Notes: generated by a model not told the origin, from the letters alone. 64,000 nt of DNA from Candidatus Segatella violae (GCA_002440225.1 DJSH01000006.1:21258-85257), one strand, 5' to 3'; positions 1-11,437 are shown, counted from the first letter of the stretch. Translations and numbers: made by a program.

Positions 1-462
1 GGCGCATGGCCGGCAATTTGGTTGCTTGGCAGCACTTGGGAGTGGCCATCTGGTGGTGAGATAGACGTGATGGAGTTTTATCACAAGCAAGGGATTCCTC
101 ATATCTTGGCAAACTTTGCGTATGGTACTAATCAGCGATGGAATGCGGCTTGGAAGTCTCAGGCTATCCCTTATTCTCATTTCTTGGAGAAAGATCCTTA
201 TTTCTGCGACAAATTTCATGTTTGGCGTATGGACTGGGATGAGAAAGAAATAAGTATCTATCTAGATGATGAACTATTGAATAAGGTGAATGTCGATGAT
301 ACTCGCAATCAGAAATTAGGCGATTATAAGAGTCCATTTCGGACACCTCAATACATTTTGCTCAATCTTGCCATGGGAGGAGATAATGGCGGAGAGGTGG
401 ATATGAGTTCATTGCCTGTGTGCTATGACATAGATTATGTCCGTGTTTATAAGAAAAATTAA
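1..462 (+). CDS. GH16 family glycoside hydrolase, C-terminal part (5' end lies outside the window)
   Basis: Frame is open from base 1 (GAWPAIWLLG...). It carries the GH16 catalytic motif GEIDVME, FHVWRMDW and the C-terminal DYVRVY. Confidence 0.9.
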   Translation, partial: GAWPAIWLLGSTWEWPSGGEIDVMEFYHKQGIPHILANFAYGTNQRWNAAWKSQAIPYSHFLEKDPYFCDKFHVWRMDWDEKEISIYLDDELLNKVNVDDTRNQKLGDYKSPFRTPQYILLNLAMGGDNGGEVDMSSLPVCYDIDYVRVYKKN

Positions 463-600
463 GCAAATGCAGACTAAAAACTGATAAAATGAGCGAAATG
501 TTTCCTTGTTTTGTCTAATAGTTCCCTTGTAAATTACAAAAAAATACGAATTTTGCAACAGAATTTTAGAAATAATAACTAACTGATAAAATACAACTAA

Positions 601-3600
601 ATGAAAAATGTAAATCTAAAAACTTCGTCACGAAGTCTATTTTTCATGATGGCAATGTCAGCAGGGTTGACATTGTTGCCACAGGAGTTGTTGGCTGTAC
701 AGAACAGTATACAGGCTGTGCAGCAGAATGGCCAGGTGGAAGGAGTGGTAAAGGACACGAATGGTGAGCCTATCATTGGTGCAACAGTCCGAGTTGTTGG
801 TACTAAAATTGCAACAGTTACCGACTTCGATGGTAAATTCAGCTTGAATGCCAAGAGTGGTCAGAGTTTGCAGGTAACCTATGTTGGTTGCAAGCCAAAG
901 ACTGTGAAAGTGTCTCGTGGTGCCATCAATGTAGTACTTGAGGATGATTCTCAAGTATTAAAAGATGTACAGGTGGTTGCTTATGGTGTACAGAAGAAGG
1001 TAACCGTGACAGGTGCCATCTCTAACATCAATGGTAGCGAGTTGACGAAGGTTCCAACCGGTTCCATCAACAACATGCTTTCTGGTGTTGTTCCAGGTCT
1101 TTCTTCCGTACAGTATTCTGGTGAGCCAGGAGCTGATGCGGCAACTATCTTGGTACGTGGTCAGGCTACCACCAACAATTCAGCCCCTTTGATTCAGGTG
1201 GATGGTGTGGAGCGAGACTTCAACGATATCGACCCTAGCGAAATCGAGAGCATAACCGTGTTGAAGGATGCTTCGGCTACAGCCGTATTTGGTGTGCGTG
1301 GTGCCAATGGTGTTATCCTCGTTACTACCAAGCGTGGTAAGGAAGGAAAGGCAAAGATTTCGGCTACAACCTCTATGAGTGTTATCGTACCAACTCAAAC
1401 TGTCGAATTGGCTAATGCTTATGAGTATGCCACCTATTATAATATGCAGAAGTTGAACGATGGTGCGGCAGCTGCTCCATTTTCTGATCAGATTCTTCAG
1501 AAATTTAAGGATCATTCCGATCCTCTTCGTTTCCCTGATACAGATTGGATAGATTATTGCTTCAAGAACCATGCCATCCAGACACAGCACAATGTGAATA
1601 TTTCTGGTGGTACAGACCGTATGCGCTACTTCGTGTCTGTAGGTGCCTTTACACAGGATGGTCTCTTCAAACAGCAGTCTTTGCCATACGACTTCAATTT
1701 TAAGTATCAGCGATTCAACTATCGTGCGAACTTAGACTTTAATGTTACCAAGACCACAACGATTAGCGTAAATCTCGGTGGTCGTGTGGATACAAAGAAC
1801 ACTCCTTACTCAGGTGAGGATAACAATCAGTTGTTCCGTAAGTTGTATTGGGCAACTCCATTCTCTAGTCCAGGTGTCATCAATGGTAAGTTCTTAAAGG
1901 CTGGTACTGATTATAATGATTGTGACAATATGCCGTTCTTGGGAGCAACAGGTCTTGACTCTTATTATGGCAAGGGATATATGTCAAAGAATACCAATAC
2001 ACTGAATGCCGATGTTGTGTTGAACCAAAAGCTCGATATGATAACCAAAGGATTGTCATTCAAGTTGAAAGGCTCTTATAACAGTAGTTATAGTGTTACT
2101 AAGCAGCGTGGCGCATCAGCTGCTTATTATACTCCTGTAATGCAACCTGATGGAACAGTGGAATATCGCAAGAATGGTAGTGATACTCAATTGGGATATA
2201 GTGAGGGCTTTGGTAAAGGCCGTAACTGGTATTTCGAGACCAGTTTGAACTATAATCGCAATTTCGGTTTGCATCATATTGGCGGATTGGTGCTCTACAA
2301 TCAGTCTAAGTATTATTATCCATCCACTTATTCTTCTATTCCTAGAGGATATGTCGGAATGGTAGGTCGTGTCACTTACGACTGGAACAACCGTTATATG
2401 GCAGAGTTTAATGCTGGCTACAATGGCTCTGAGAACTTTGCCAAGGGCAAGCGCTATGGCTTCTTCCCTGCTGGGTCTATTGGTTGGATTGTCAGTGAGG
2501 AACCATTCTTCAAGCCTTTGAAAAAGGTGGTTGATTACTTCAAACTTCGTGCATCTTGGGGTCTTGTAGGTAATGATCAGATTGGTGGCAGCCGATTTAT
2601 GTATCTAGCCGACCCATATTCTACAGGTAATGGTTATAACTTTGGTGTGAATACTGGCAATTTTGTAGCAGGAGCCTGGGAATCTAGCAAGAACAATGCC
2701 GATGTTACTTGGGAGAACTCTTTCAAGCAAGACTATGGTGTAGATTTGAATGTGCTTGATAACCGATTGAAGGCAACATTCGACTACTATAAGGAGCACC
2801 GTACCGACATTTTGGTTCGTAGTGGTATTGCTCCAGGCCTTCTAGGTTTTACATTGCCTGCAGCCAACCTTGGTGAGGTGGACAGTTGGGGTTATGAGCT
2901 TTCTTTGAAATGGAATGATAAGATAGGCAAGAACTTCCAGTATTGGGTAGAAGGTAACTTGTCTTATAACCAGAATGAAATCAAGGAGTTATATGAGGCT
3001 CCTCAAAACTATCCTTGGATGGAACAAAAGGGACACCGTATCGGTTCTCGCTCTATTCGTAAGTTCTGGGGGTTCTACGAGAAAGATTCCGACGAGAAGT
3101 ATTTCGCTGAGTTTGGTGAGCACATCCCTGACCATAAGCAAACGCTGCAGTATGGAGATGCCATCTATGTGGATTTGGACAAGGATGGTCAGATTGATGC
3201 GAACGACCTTTCTTATGAGCTGGGGCATACCGATGACCCGGAGTATGTGATTGGTGTCAATCTCGGTTTCCGTTGGAAGAACTTAGAAGTCAGCACACAG
3301 TGGACTGGGGCTTGGAATGTAAGCCGTATGTTGGATGAAACTTTCCGCCAGCCATTGGGAGATACAGGTCAGAAGGGCTTGTTGAAGTATCAGTATGACC
3401 ATACTTGGCAAGAGGGCAAGGACAACAGTGATGCAATGTATCCACGTGCCACCATGACGAATGCCAGCAACAACTATGCTGCTTCTACGCTTTATGAGGT
3501 GAACTCTTCGTACTTGCGCTTGAAGAATGCACAGATTGCATACCATTTCGACTTCCCATTCATGAAGAAAATTAAGATGAACAACTTGACATTGGCATTG

Positions 3601-3723
3601 AGTGGATATAACCTCTTTACTATCACAGACTTTAAGTGGGGCGACCCTGAGTCTCGTACAAGTTCTCGTCCATCTTATCCATTGACAAGATCATTCTCTT
3701 TGAGTTTGAAGGTTGGATTCTAA
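601..3723 (+). CDS. susC: SusC/RagA TonB-dependent outer membrane transporter
   Basis: 1040 aa with signal peptide, GEPIIGATV CarboxypepD-like domain, LKDASATAVFGVRGANGVILVTTKRG plug motif and C-terminal Phe. Confidence 0.95.
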   Translation: MKNVNLKTSSRSLFFMMAMSAGLTLLPQELLAVQNSIQAVQQNGQVEGVVKDTNGEPIIGATVRVVGTKIATVTDFDGKFSLNAKSGQSLQVTYVGCKPKTVKVSRGAINVVLEDDSQVLKDVQVVAYGVQKKVTVTGAISNINGSELTKVPTGSINNMLSGVVPGLSSVQYSGEPGADAATILVRGQATTNNSAPLIQVDGVERDFNDIDPSEIESITVLKDASATAVFGVRGANGVILVTTKRGKEGKAKISATTSMSVIVPTQTVELANAYEYATYYNMQKLNDGAAAAPFSDQILQKFKDHSDPLRFPDTDWIDYCFKNHAIQTQHNVNISGGTDRMRYFVSVGAFTQDGLFKQQSLPYDFNFKYQRFNYRANLDFNVTKTTTISVNLGGRVDTKNTPYSGEDNNQLFRKLYWATPFSSPGVINGKFLKAGTDYNDCDNMPFLGATGLDSYYGKGYMSKNTNTLNADVVLNQKLDMITKGLSFKLKGSYNSSYSVTKQRGASAAYYTPVMQPDGTVEYRKNGSDTQLGYSEGFGKGRNWYFETSLNYNRNFGLHHIGGLVLYNQSKYYYPSTYSSIPRGYVGMVGRVTYDWNNRYMAEFNAGYNGSENFAKGKRYGFFPAGSIGWIVSEEPFFKPLKKVVDYFKLRASWGLVGNDQIGGSRFMYLADPYSTGNGYNFGVNTGNFVAGAWESSKNNADVTWENSFKQDYGVDLNVLDNRLKATFDYYKEHRTDILVRSGIAPGLLGFTLPAANLGEVDSWGYELSLKWNDKIGKNFQYWVEGNLSYNQNEIKELYEAPQNYPWMEQKGHRIGSRSIRKFWGFYEKDSDEKYFAEFGEHIPDHKQTLQYGDAIYVDLDKDGQIDANDLSYELGHTDDPEYVIGVNLGFRWKNLEVSTQWTGAWNVSRMLDETFRQPLGDTGQKGLLKYQYDHTWQEGKDNSDAMYPRATMTNASNNYAASTLYEVNSSYLRLKNAQIAYHFDFPFMKKIKMNNLTLALSGYNLFTITDFKWGDPESRTSSRPSYPLTRSFSLSLKVGF

Positions 3724-3737
3724 AAATATAGACAATT

Positions 3738-5672
3738 ATGAAACTACATAAATTATTAATAGGTGCATTCTTCGCATTTGCACTGTCATCCATGACTACC
3801 AGCTGTGTTGATGACTGGAAGTTTGGTGATTCTTTCTTGGAAAAGGCTCCTAGTGGCGATGTCACTAAGGATACTATTTTCAATAATGCGGAATATACTC
3901 GCGACTTCCTTTGGAAGACGTACTCTTATATGTATTATGGACTGCCATTCTATTGGGATGGCGGTGTGCAGGTTAAGATGAATACAGGTGTGTTCGAGGC
4001 ATTGTCTGATTGCTGGCATAGCCATAACTCTTGGGATGATGTAAACCGCCTTTACTATTCAGGTGCTTACAAAGCAGGAGATAGAGGTAAGTTTGGTTAC
4101 ACCAATGAGAAAGTTTGGGAAGGTGTGCGTGCAGCCTACATCTTCTTGGAGAATGTAGATCAGACTCCTGATATGGAGGAAAGTGAGAAAAATCGCTTGA
4201 AGGCGGAAGCTAAGTGCATCATTGCTTCTCGTTACTTTGACATGTTCCGTCACTTTGGTGGTCTTCCTATTGTTAAGAATTCTTTCTCAGGTACTGAAGG
4301 TACATACGATTTACCTCGTGGTACAGTGGAAGAGACTGTTAATTTCATGGTAGGCTTGCTTGATGAGGCTGCTCCTAATCTTCCTTGGAATCTTGATGAG
4401 TCCGAGCAGACTAACTGGGATGGACGTTTCACCAAGGCGGCGGCTATGGGATTGAAGTGTAAGATTTTGCTTTTTGCCGCTTCTCCTTTGTTTAATAATG
4501 ATCAGCCATACGCTGGCACTGAAGCTGACGAGGCTAACCAAAAACATCAGGCTTGGTACGGCAATTACAGCGCAGAGCGTTGGACAAGATGTTTGACCGC
4601 TTGTCAGGAGTTCTTCAATGAGTTGGGAACTGATGGCTATTATCAGTTGGTACAGGCAGAAGAGGAAAATCCTACCTCTGGTCAGTATCGTGCAGCTTTC
4701 CGCAAAGGATATTCTAATCGTGGTACAACAGAAATGCTTCTAAGCACTCGTGTAAGATTTAGAGACAACTGGGCTTGGAACTATCTTTTCCAGGATTGGA
4801 ATGGAAATGGTGGATATACACCTACAGCCGAATATATGGAGATGTTCGATTGGAAGGATGGTCGTCCATTTGATTTGGACAAGACTTTGGCTGGAGATCC
4901 TGACACGATGTTTGTGAACCCAAGCAAGAATTTCGAATTGACACGTGATCCTCGACTCTATGAAACCATGATTGTGAATGGTGTTCAGAAGACCATGAAC
5001 GACAACGGTAACTATAGTGGCAATCGCTATGAGAACTGGTATAAGGGTACCAATGGTGGTGATGGAGCAGGAGAATCAGAGAGTGGTCAGTTTGCTACTG
5101 GTTTCGCCAACAATAAGTTCTACTATAACAATGAGCGCAACCGTGTGACCCTTTGGCCTTATCTCCGCTTGGCAGAGATGTATCTCATCTATGCAGAAGC
5201 TTTGGCGCAGAACGGTCAGCTTGACAAAGCTATTGATAATGTGAACGTTGTACGTGCCCGTGTAGGTTTGAAAGGCTTGAAAGAATCTGATACTTCCAAG
5301 AATTGGAGCGATAAGCAGACTGTTATTGATGCAGTGATGAAAGAACGTGCAGTAGAGCTTGGTTTTGAGGAAACTCGTTTCTTTGACCTGATTCGTTATC
5401 GTCGTGCCGATATTTTCCAGAAGCCTTTGCATGGTTTGCGCATGTATCGCCAAAAAGATGGCAAGGACTACAATTTCCAGTGGCAAGGAATCAAGGAAGG
5501 AAATGATGGCTATGAGAAGAACTATCCTACTCACTATAGATTCGAGAAGTTCGAGATTCGCAACGTGGCTCGTTCTTGGTGGACTAACTGGGATAACAAG
5601 TGGTATCTCAATGCATTCCCTTCTACAGAAATCAACAAGGGCTATGGCTTGACTCAAAACCCAGGTTGGTAA
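3738..5672 (+). CDS. susD: SusD/RagB lipoprotein
   Basis: Lipobox (TTSC), RDPRL, YLRLAEMYLIYAEA, ERAVELGFEETRFFDL and C-terminal QNPGW. Confidence 0.95.
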   Translation: MKLHKLLIGAFFAFALSSMTTSCVDDWKFGDSFLEKAPSGDVTKDTIFNNAEYTRDFLWKTYSYMYYGLPFYWDGGVQVKMNTGVFEALSDCWHSHNSWDDVNRLYYSGAYKAGDRGKFGYTNEKVWEGVRAAYIFLENVDQTPDMEESEKNRLKAEAKCIIASRYFDMFRHFGGLPIVKNSFSGTEGTYDLPRGTVEETVNFMVGLLDEAAPNLPWNLDESEQTNWDGRFTKAAAMGLKCKILLFAASPLFNNDQPYAGTEADEANQKHQAWYGNYSAERWTRCLTACQEFFNELGTDGYYQLVQAEEENPTSGQYRAAFRKGYSNRGTTEMLLSTRVRFRDNWAWNYLFQDWNGNGGYTPTAEYMEMFDWKDGRPFDLDKTLAGDPDTMFVNPSKNFELTRDPRLYETMIVNGVQKTMNDNGNYSGNRYENWYKGTNGGDGAGESESGQFATGFANNKFYYNNERNRVTLWPYLRLAEMYLIYAEALAQNGQLDKAIDNVNVVRARVGLKGLKESDTSKNWSDKQTVIDAVMKERAVELGFEETRFFDLIRYRRADIFQKPLHGLRMYRQKDGKDYNFQWQGIKEGNDGYEKNYPTHYRFEKFEIRNVARSWWTNWDNKWYLNAFPSTEINKGYGLTQNPGW

Positions 5673-5736
5673 TTCGATGCCACGCCTCATGAACAATTAT
5701 TAATTGTAAATTATAAATTATAAATTTTACATTGAT

Positions 5737-8700
5737 ATGAAACGACATATATTATTCGCCTCGGTGCTTTTGGCTAGTGCTGCTGCGTTTGCCCAGAATG
5801 GCAATGTAAGTGGTGTGGTGGTCGATAAGATGGGAAATCCAGTCTCTGGTGCCTTGGTGGAAATCCAAAATAATAAGCTCATCAAGGCTTATACCGATAA
5901 AAATGGTGCCTTTGAGATTGGCGCCAATGCCAATGATATGTTAGTGATAGATGCTCCTGACAAGTCGAAAAAGACTGTGCTTTTGAATGGCGATAAGGAA
6001 ATCAAGGTAGTGATGGATTATGCTAGCCGTCCTGTAGAATTAGGTTTCGGCATCAAGCAGAATGTAGGGGAATCTACTGTGTCTGTGGCAAGTGCGTCGA
6101 ATGATGAGTTTAACAAGCGTTCTTCCAAGAACATCGGTAACTCTTTGCTCAGTGGTAGTGTGCTTGGTTTGACAGCTCTTCAAGGTACTGGTGATTATGC
6201 ATCTTACGAGCCTTCTTTCTGTGTACGTGGTTTGCAGAGCCTAAATGGCTCTTCACCACTTATCTTGGTAGATGGAATCGAGCGTAACATTACTTTTCTT
6301 TCTCCAGAAGAAGTGGAGAATGTATATGTGTTGAAAGATGCGGCCGCTACTGCTCTGTATGGCTATAAGGGAGCCAATGGCATTGTCAACATTGTTACTA
6401 AGCGAGGTAAGTATAAGACTAACGAAATTAAGTTTACATACGACCATGCCTTCAACTGGGAGGCACGCCGTCCTAAGTTTGTGAATGCTTATGACTATGC
6501 GGTAGGCTTGAACGAAGCATATGCGAGCGATGGTAAGTCTCCTCGTTATTCTGATACAGAACTTGGTTATTTCAAGAGTGGAGAATTTCCATACCTCTAT
6601 CCTAATGTGGATTGGATCAATGAGACTTTTAAAAATAATGGTGCCAGCGACATCTACAACTTGACATTCCGTGGTGGTGGCGAGCGTTTGCGCTACTATA
6701 CCAATGTCAACTTGATCAGTAACTTAGGCTTCATCGCTCATCCAAAGGAAAATTCTGGTTATTCTACCCAGAACAAGTACTCTAAGGGAAGCATCCGTAC
6801 CAACTTGGACATCGACTTGACTTCAACCACCAAGTTAGAGGCAAATATCAATGGTGTTTTGATGGAGGCCTCTCGCCCTGGTTTGTCTAGTGATGATTTG
6901 TGGGGTAAGATTTATACTATTCCTGCAGCTGCTTTCCCTGTCAAGACTGAAGGTGGCTTGTGGGGTGGTAACACCACATGGACAGGTTATTACAACCCTG
7001 TTGCATTGACCGAAGGACGTGCTTACAGCAAGGCTCATACTCGTGCTCTCTTTGCTGATATGACTTTAAAGCAAGACCTCTCTGCTGTGACAGATGGTTT
7101 GAGCGTTTGGACACGATTTGCTTACGACAACATTGCTGCTTATTGGGAAAATCATACCAAGGAATATAAATATGGTATGGATACTGCTACCGAATGGAAG
7201 GATGGTAAGCCTACAGCTTTTTCTCATTATACTGGAGGAAAGGATGGAACGATGTCTGAAGACAGCAAGCTCGACTGGCAGAACCGTAACTTCAACTTTG
7301 GTGTGGGTGCCAATTACGACCATAGTTTTGGCGACCACAGCATCAATTCCGTATTGATGTGGAACTATGAGTATCGTAACTGGAATGGCCAGAACAATAC
7401 TCAGTATCGCACTACTGCAACCCTTTACAACCACTATGGTTACAAGGGAAAGTACTTGGCTGACGTTTCTTTGTCATTGGCTACATCTAATAAATTGGCA
7501 CCAGGTCATCGCACCAACTTCTCACCAACAGTATCTGCGGCTTGGGTGTTGAGCAAGGAAAACTTCATGCAGAACGTATCGTTCATTGATTTCTTGAAGC
7601 TTCGTGCTTCTTGGGGTATTATCAACCTTGACTTCATCCCAACTGAAGGTTACTGGAACCAGACTTTTGGAGGTGGTAGTGGTTATTACGTAGGCAAGGA
7701 CAACGCAACTTCTTCCAGTGGCTGGGCTGAAGGTCGATTGGCTTCCACCAACGTGATGGCTGAGCGTGCCAACAAGTATAACATCGGTATGGATGCTACC
7801 ATCTTGGGTGGCTTGAACCTGACAGTGGATGGCTACTATCAGCGCCGCGACCGCCAGTGGGTGAATGCAGGTGGTAAGACTTCTACCGTTCTCGGTGCTA
7901 GTAACCGCTATATCAATGGTGGTATTGTAGATAGCTGGGGCGTTGAGCTTGGCGCTAACTATGCCAAGGAAATCGCCAAGGACTTGAAGTTGACAGCTGG
8001 TGTGAACTATACATTGGCAAAGAACGAAATCAAGGATGAGTATGAGGAGCCTCGTGCTTACGATTACTTGAAGCGTACGGGCAATCCTGTTGGTCAAATC
8101 TTTGGTTTGCAAGCTGTAGGATTCTTCAAGGACCAGGCAGATATAGACAATAGTCCTGCCCAGCAGTTCTCAGAGGTAAAGCCTGGTGACATCAAGTACA
8201 AAGACCAGAATGGTGATGGTATCATTAATGAGGATGATGTGGTTAAGATGGGTTACAATACCACTTGTCCTGAGATTTACTATTCTTTCAACCTTGGTTT
8301 GGAATACAAGGGCTTGGGCTTTACAGCTACCTTCCAGGGTGCAGCTAACTATTCAGCTTACTTGGATACACAGTCCATGTATCGCCCATTGGTCAACAAT
8401 ACCAATATAGGCCAGTATTACTTCGATAATCGTTGGACTCCTGCTACCGCTGAGACAGCAAAGTTTCCTCGCTTGTCGGCTGAGACCAATGATAACAACA
8501 ACCGATACAACTCTATTTGGTTGGCAGATCGCTCCTTCCTCAAGTTGAGAAATGTCGAGGTTTACTACAACTTCCCTAAGTCTCTCTTGTCGAAGACCAA
8601 GTACATCAACAATGCCAAGTTGTATGTTCGTGGTGTAGATTTGCTCTGCTTCGATCATATCAAGGAGTTGGATCCAGAGTGCTACGGGGCTACTTATCCA

Positions 8701-8742
8701 GTAAACCGCTCGGTATCTCTTGGTCTTGTGTTAGGTTTCTAA
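5737..8742 (+). CDS. susC: Second SusC/RagA TonB-dependent transporter
   Basis: 1001 aa; LKDAAATALYGYKGANGIVNIVTKRG; PGDIKYKDQNGDG; C-terminal Phe. Confidence 0.95.
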   Translation: MKRHILFASVLLASAAAFAQNGNVSGVVVDKMGNPVSGALVEIQNNKLIKAYTDKNGAFEIGANANDMLVIDAPDKSKKTVLLNGDKEIKVVMDYASRPVELGFGIKQNVGESTVSVASASNDEFNKRSSKNIGNSLLSGSVLGLTALQGTGDYASYEPSFCVRGLQSLNGSSPLILVDGIERNITFLSPEEVENVYVLKDAAATALYGYKGANGIVNIVTKRGKYKTNEIKFTYDHAFNWEARRPKFVNAYDYAVGLNEAYASDGKSPRYSDTELGYFKSGEFPYLYPNVDWINETFKNNGASDIYNLTFRGGGERLRYYTNVNLISNLGFIAHPKENSGYSTQNKYSKGSIRTNLDIDLTSTTKLEANINGVLMEASRPGLSSDDLWGKIYTIPAAAFPVKTEGGLWGGNTTWTGYYNPVALTEGRAYSKAHTRALFADMTLKQDLSAVTDGLSVWTRFAYDNIAAYWENHTKEYKYGMDTATEWKDGKPTAFSHYTGGKDGTMSEDSKLDWQNRNFNFGVGANYDHSFGDHSINSVLMWNYEYRNWNGQNNTQYRTTATLYNHYGYKGKYLADVSLSLATSNKLAPGHRTNFSPTVSAAWVLSKENFMQNVSFIDFLKLRASWGIINLDFIPTEGYWNQTFGGGSGYYVGKDNATSSSGWAEGRLASTNVMAERANKYNIGMDATILGGLNLTVDGYYQRRDRQWVNAGGKTSTVLGASNRYINGGIVDSWGVELGANYAKEIAKDLKLTAGVNYTLAKNEIKDEYEEPRAYDYLKRTGNPVGQIFGLQAVGFFKDQADIDNSPAQQFSEVKPGDIKYKDQNGDGIINEDDVVKMGYNTTCPEIYYSFNLGLEYKGLGFTATFQGAANYSAYLDTQSMYRPLVNNTNIGQYYFDNRWTPATAETAKFPRLSAETNDNNNRYNSIWLADRSFLKLRNVEVYYNFPKSLLSKTKYINNAKLYVRGVDLLCFDHIKELDPECYGATYPVNRSVSLGLVLGF

Positions 8743-8768
8743 TTCATCAACATTAAAGGAATACGACA

Positions 8769-10469
8769 ATGAAATTAAATAAGATATTTGGTGGCATGAT
8801 TTGCTTGGCATTGCTCGCATCTTGCGGTGATGAAATGGATTATCATGAATATACCAATTACGATAAGGACTACGTATTTACCAATTTTGATAATACAGTA
8901 GGCTTCATTACCAATATTTATGGTAAAATGGCGGATGGTTTTGCCCCATACGGAAAAGGTATGCTCGCTTCAGCGTGCGATGAGGCAGAGTATTCTTGGA
9001 AGAATGGTAGTGTGCAGAATTTTACCAATGGTGCTTGGAGTGCATTGAATGCTATGGATAGTTGGAGTAACAATTATACTGCTATTCGAGCAGCCAATTA
9101 CTTCTTGGCTCATAAGGATGAGTGTGATTTCTCTGACTACAAGTTCAATAAAGATTATGCGGCTCAGATGGCACGTTTCGAGCGATTGCAGTATGAGGCT
9201 CGCTATCTTCGTGCTTATTTCTACTTCACAGCTGTAGAGAAGTTTGGCGATGTTCCTTTCACTACCGAAGTGCTGACTGAGGACGAGGCGAATGCACTTC
9301 CACGTACTTCTGCCAAGGAGGTGATGGACTTCATCGTGAGTGAGTGTGACGCAATAGCTGATAAGCTGCCTGTAGATTATTCTACTTTGGGTGATGATGC
9401 AGCAGCCAACGAGACAGGACGTGTCAACAAGCTTACAGTTCTCGCTCTTAAGGCTCGTACCTTGCTTTATGAGGCTAGTCCTCTTTTCAATACAAACAAC
9501 GATAAGGAATTGTATCACAAAGCAGCAGTTGCTAGCAAGGTTGTTATCGATGAATGTGAAAAGGCAGGATTGAAACTTGGCAAGTATTCTGACCTTTGGG
9601 GCTCTAACAACTGGCAGGCTAAGGAGGTTATCTTCGCTCGCCGTGTAGGCAACCAGAATGGTTTCGAGTACAACAACTATCCACGTGGCTTGGAGAATGG
9701 TAATGGTGGCAACTGCCCAACACAGACTCTTGTTGATGCTTATGAAATCAAGAAGACTGGTAAACTTTGGAACGAAGAGGGCAGTGAGTATGATCCTCAG
9801 AATCCATACGCAGGTCGTGACCCACGTTTCGCTATGACCATTGCTGTGAACGGCGAGAAAAAATGGCCTTCATATAATGGGGATGCTCTTGAAACTTACT
9901 ATGGCGGAAAGAATGGAGAGCCTATAGTTGGCGCTACTCCTACAGGTTACTACTTGAAGAAGTACTGTGATGGATCTGTCAATATCTCTTCTGTCAACAG
10001 CACTAATTCTCCTCATGCTTGGATTCTCTTCCGCTTGGGCGAGTTCTATCTCAATTACGCTGAGGCTACATTCAAGTATTTGGGGAGTGCCGATGCTATT
10101 AGTGCTGATCTCCCAATGTCTGCTCGTCAGGCTGTCAACGTCATTCGCAATCGTGAGGATGTCAAGATGCCAGAGTTGGCTGAGGGCTTGAGCAATGACG
10201 AGTTCTGGAAGAAGTACGAGAACGAACGTATGGTGGAGTTGGCTTTCGAGGGACATCGTTTCTATGATGTTCGTCGTTGGAAGGAAGGCAACAAGCTCGC
10301 TACCATCACAGAGATGAAGATTACAAAGAACGATGATGGTACTTTCACCTACACTCGCAAGACTGTGAATCGTGGTTGGAACGACAAGATGTATTTCTTC
10401 CCTATCGCCAAGAGCGAACTCTTGAAGCACACCAACCCTGACTTCAAGCAGAATCCAGGTTGGGAATAA
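8769..10469 (+). CDS. susD: Second SusD/RagB lipoprotein
   Basis: Lipobox LASC; RDPRF; ERMVELAFEGHRFYDVRRW; QNPGW. Confidence 0.95.
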   Translation: MKLNKIFGGMICLALLASCGDEMDYHEYTNYDKDYVFTNFDNTVGFITNIYGKMADGFAPYGKGMLASACDEAEYSWKNGSVQNFTNGAWSALNAMDSWSNNYTAIRAANYFLAHKDECDFSDYKFNKDYAAQMARFERLQYEARYLRAYFYFTAVEKFGDVPFTTEVLTEDEANALPRTSAKEVMDFIVSECDAIADKLPVDYSTLGDDAAANETGRVNKLTVLALKARTLLYEASPLFNTNNDKELYHKAAVASKVVIDECEKAGLKLGKYSDLWGSNNWQAKEVIFARRVGNQNGFEYNNYPRGLENGNGGNCPTQTLVDAYEIKKTGKLWNEEGSEYDPQNPYAGRDPRFAMTIAVNGEKKWPSYNGDALETYYGGKNGEPIVGATPTGYYLKKYCDGSVNISSVNSTNSPHAWILFRLGEFYLNYAEATFKYLGSADAISADLPMSARQAVNVIRNREDVKMPELAEGLSNDEFWKKYENERMVELAFEGHRFYDVRRWKEGNKLATITEMKITKNDDGTFTYTRKTVNRGWNDKMYFFPIAKSELLKHTNPDFKQNPGWE

Positions 10470-10482
10470 TCAATACTGATAA

Positions 10483-10524
10483 GGATTGCCCCAATCCCTT
10501 ATAATATATAGGGAAGGGCAATCC
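10483..10524 (+). promoter_or_regulatory. Intergenic stem-loop without a U-tract (mRNA stabiliser or partial terminator)
   Basis: GGATTGCCC..TCCCT / AGGGA..GGGCAATCC inverted repeat between susD and the next gene. Confidence 0.55.
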
Positions 10525-10555
10525 CAAGTAGAACAACATTAATAATGACAAAACA

Positions 10556-11437
10556 ATGAAAGCAATTAAATATATATTTAGTGCATTAGTTGGTATGGCA
10601 GCCATGGCTTCTTGTGATAGTAATATCACCGAATTTGAGTACCAAGGTTATATAGGTGCTCCAAAGACCATAGATGCTTCTGCCGTGACATCAGAGGCTC
10701 TGCCTGGTGCCATTCGTTTGAACTGGACAGTACCAGCCGATTCATCTTTTTCGTATATGAAGATATCTTATGTGAATCCAGCCAACCAAGAGACAGTTAC
10801 TAATGTGGTTTCCATCCATACTCATACGCTTCTCATCGAAAATACTTTGAAAAAGTATGGTGACTACACTTTTACTTTCCAGGCATTCAACGACAAGAAT
10901 GAGGCGGGTAATCCTGTTCAAGTGAAGGCACAGTCTGGCTTGCTTCCTGCTACCATCACTTATACAAAGGGTGATAAAATCAATGTCACCGCTGATATGT
11001 TGAGTACGGATGACCAGGAACCAAGCGAAGGTCCTATCAAAAACTTGGTGGATAATAATTACAACAGTTTCTTCCATACTCGTTGGTCTAGTCCTCAGAA
11101 AGATCTTCCTCAGTATATCCAAATAGACTTTAAGGAGGCTCATCAGGTATTCATGTTCTGGTATCGTAACCGTTCAGGCTCGCAGGTAGGTCCGGAGAAT
11201 CTCGATATTCAGATTAGCAATGATGGCGAGCAGTGGGAGAGTGTCAAGGAAATCCTCTCAGGTCTTCCTTCTGGAAGTGGCGCAGAGTACACTTCGGATG
11301 GAATTGATGCAGGCAAGCCATTCACTCACCTTCGTTTGGTTGTTACCAAGACCTTTGGTGATAAGAAGTACTTCAATCTTGCCGAGCTTGCGGTATATGA
11401 TGCCAATAAGGTGGTCTATGACCCAGAGAATGAATAA
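10556..11437 (+). CDS. Surface lipoprotein with DUF4959-like N-terminus and F5/8 (discoidin/CBM32-like) domain; probable surface glycan-binding protein
   Basis: Lipobox MASC; ALPGAIRLNWTVP; EGPIKNLVDNN..FFHTRWS..LPQYIQIDF..LAEL discoidin pattern; directly follows susD. Confidence 0.75.
   Translation: MKAIKYIFSALVGMAAMASCDSNITEFEYQGYIGAPKTIDASAVTSEALPGAIRLNWTVPADSSFSYMKISYVNPANQETVTNVVSIHTHTLLIENTLKKYGDYTFTFQAFNDKNEAGNPVQVKAQSGLLPATITYTKGDKINVTADMLSTDDQEPSEGPIKNLVDNNYNSFFHTRWSSPQKDLPQYIQIDFKEAHQVFMFWYRNRSGSQVGPENLDIQISNDGEQWESVKEILSGLPSGSGAEYTSDGIDAGKPFTHLRLVVTKTFGDKKYFNLAELAVYDANKVVYDPENE

Noticed and set aside
5695..5728. TAAATTA heptamer repeat between susD and susC
   Set aside because: Short, low-complexity AT sequence with no supportable function.
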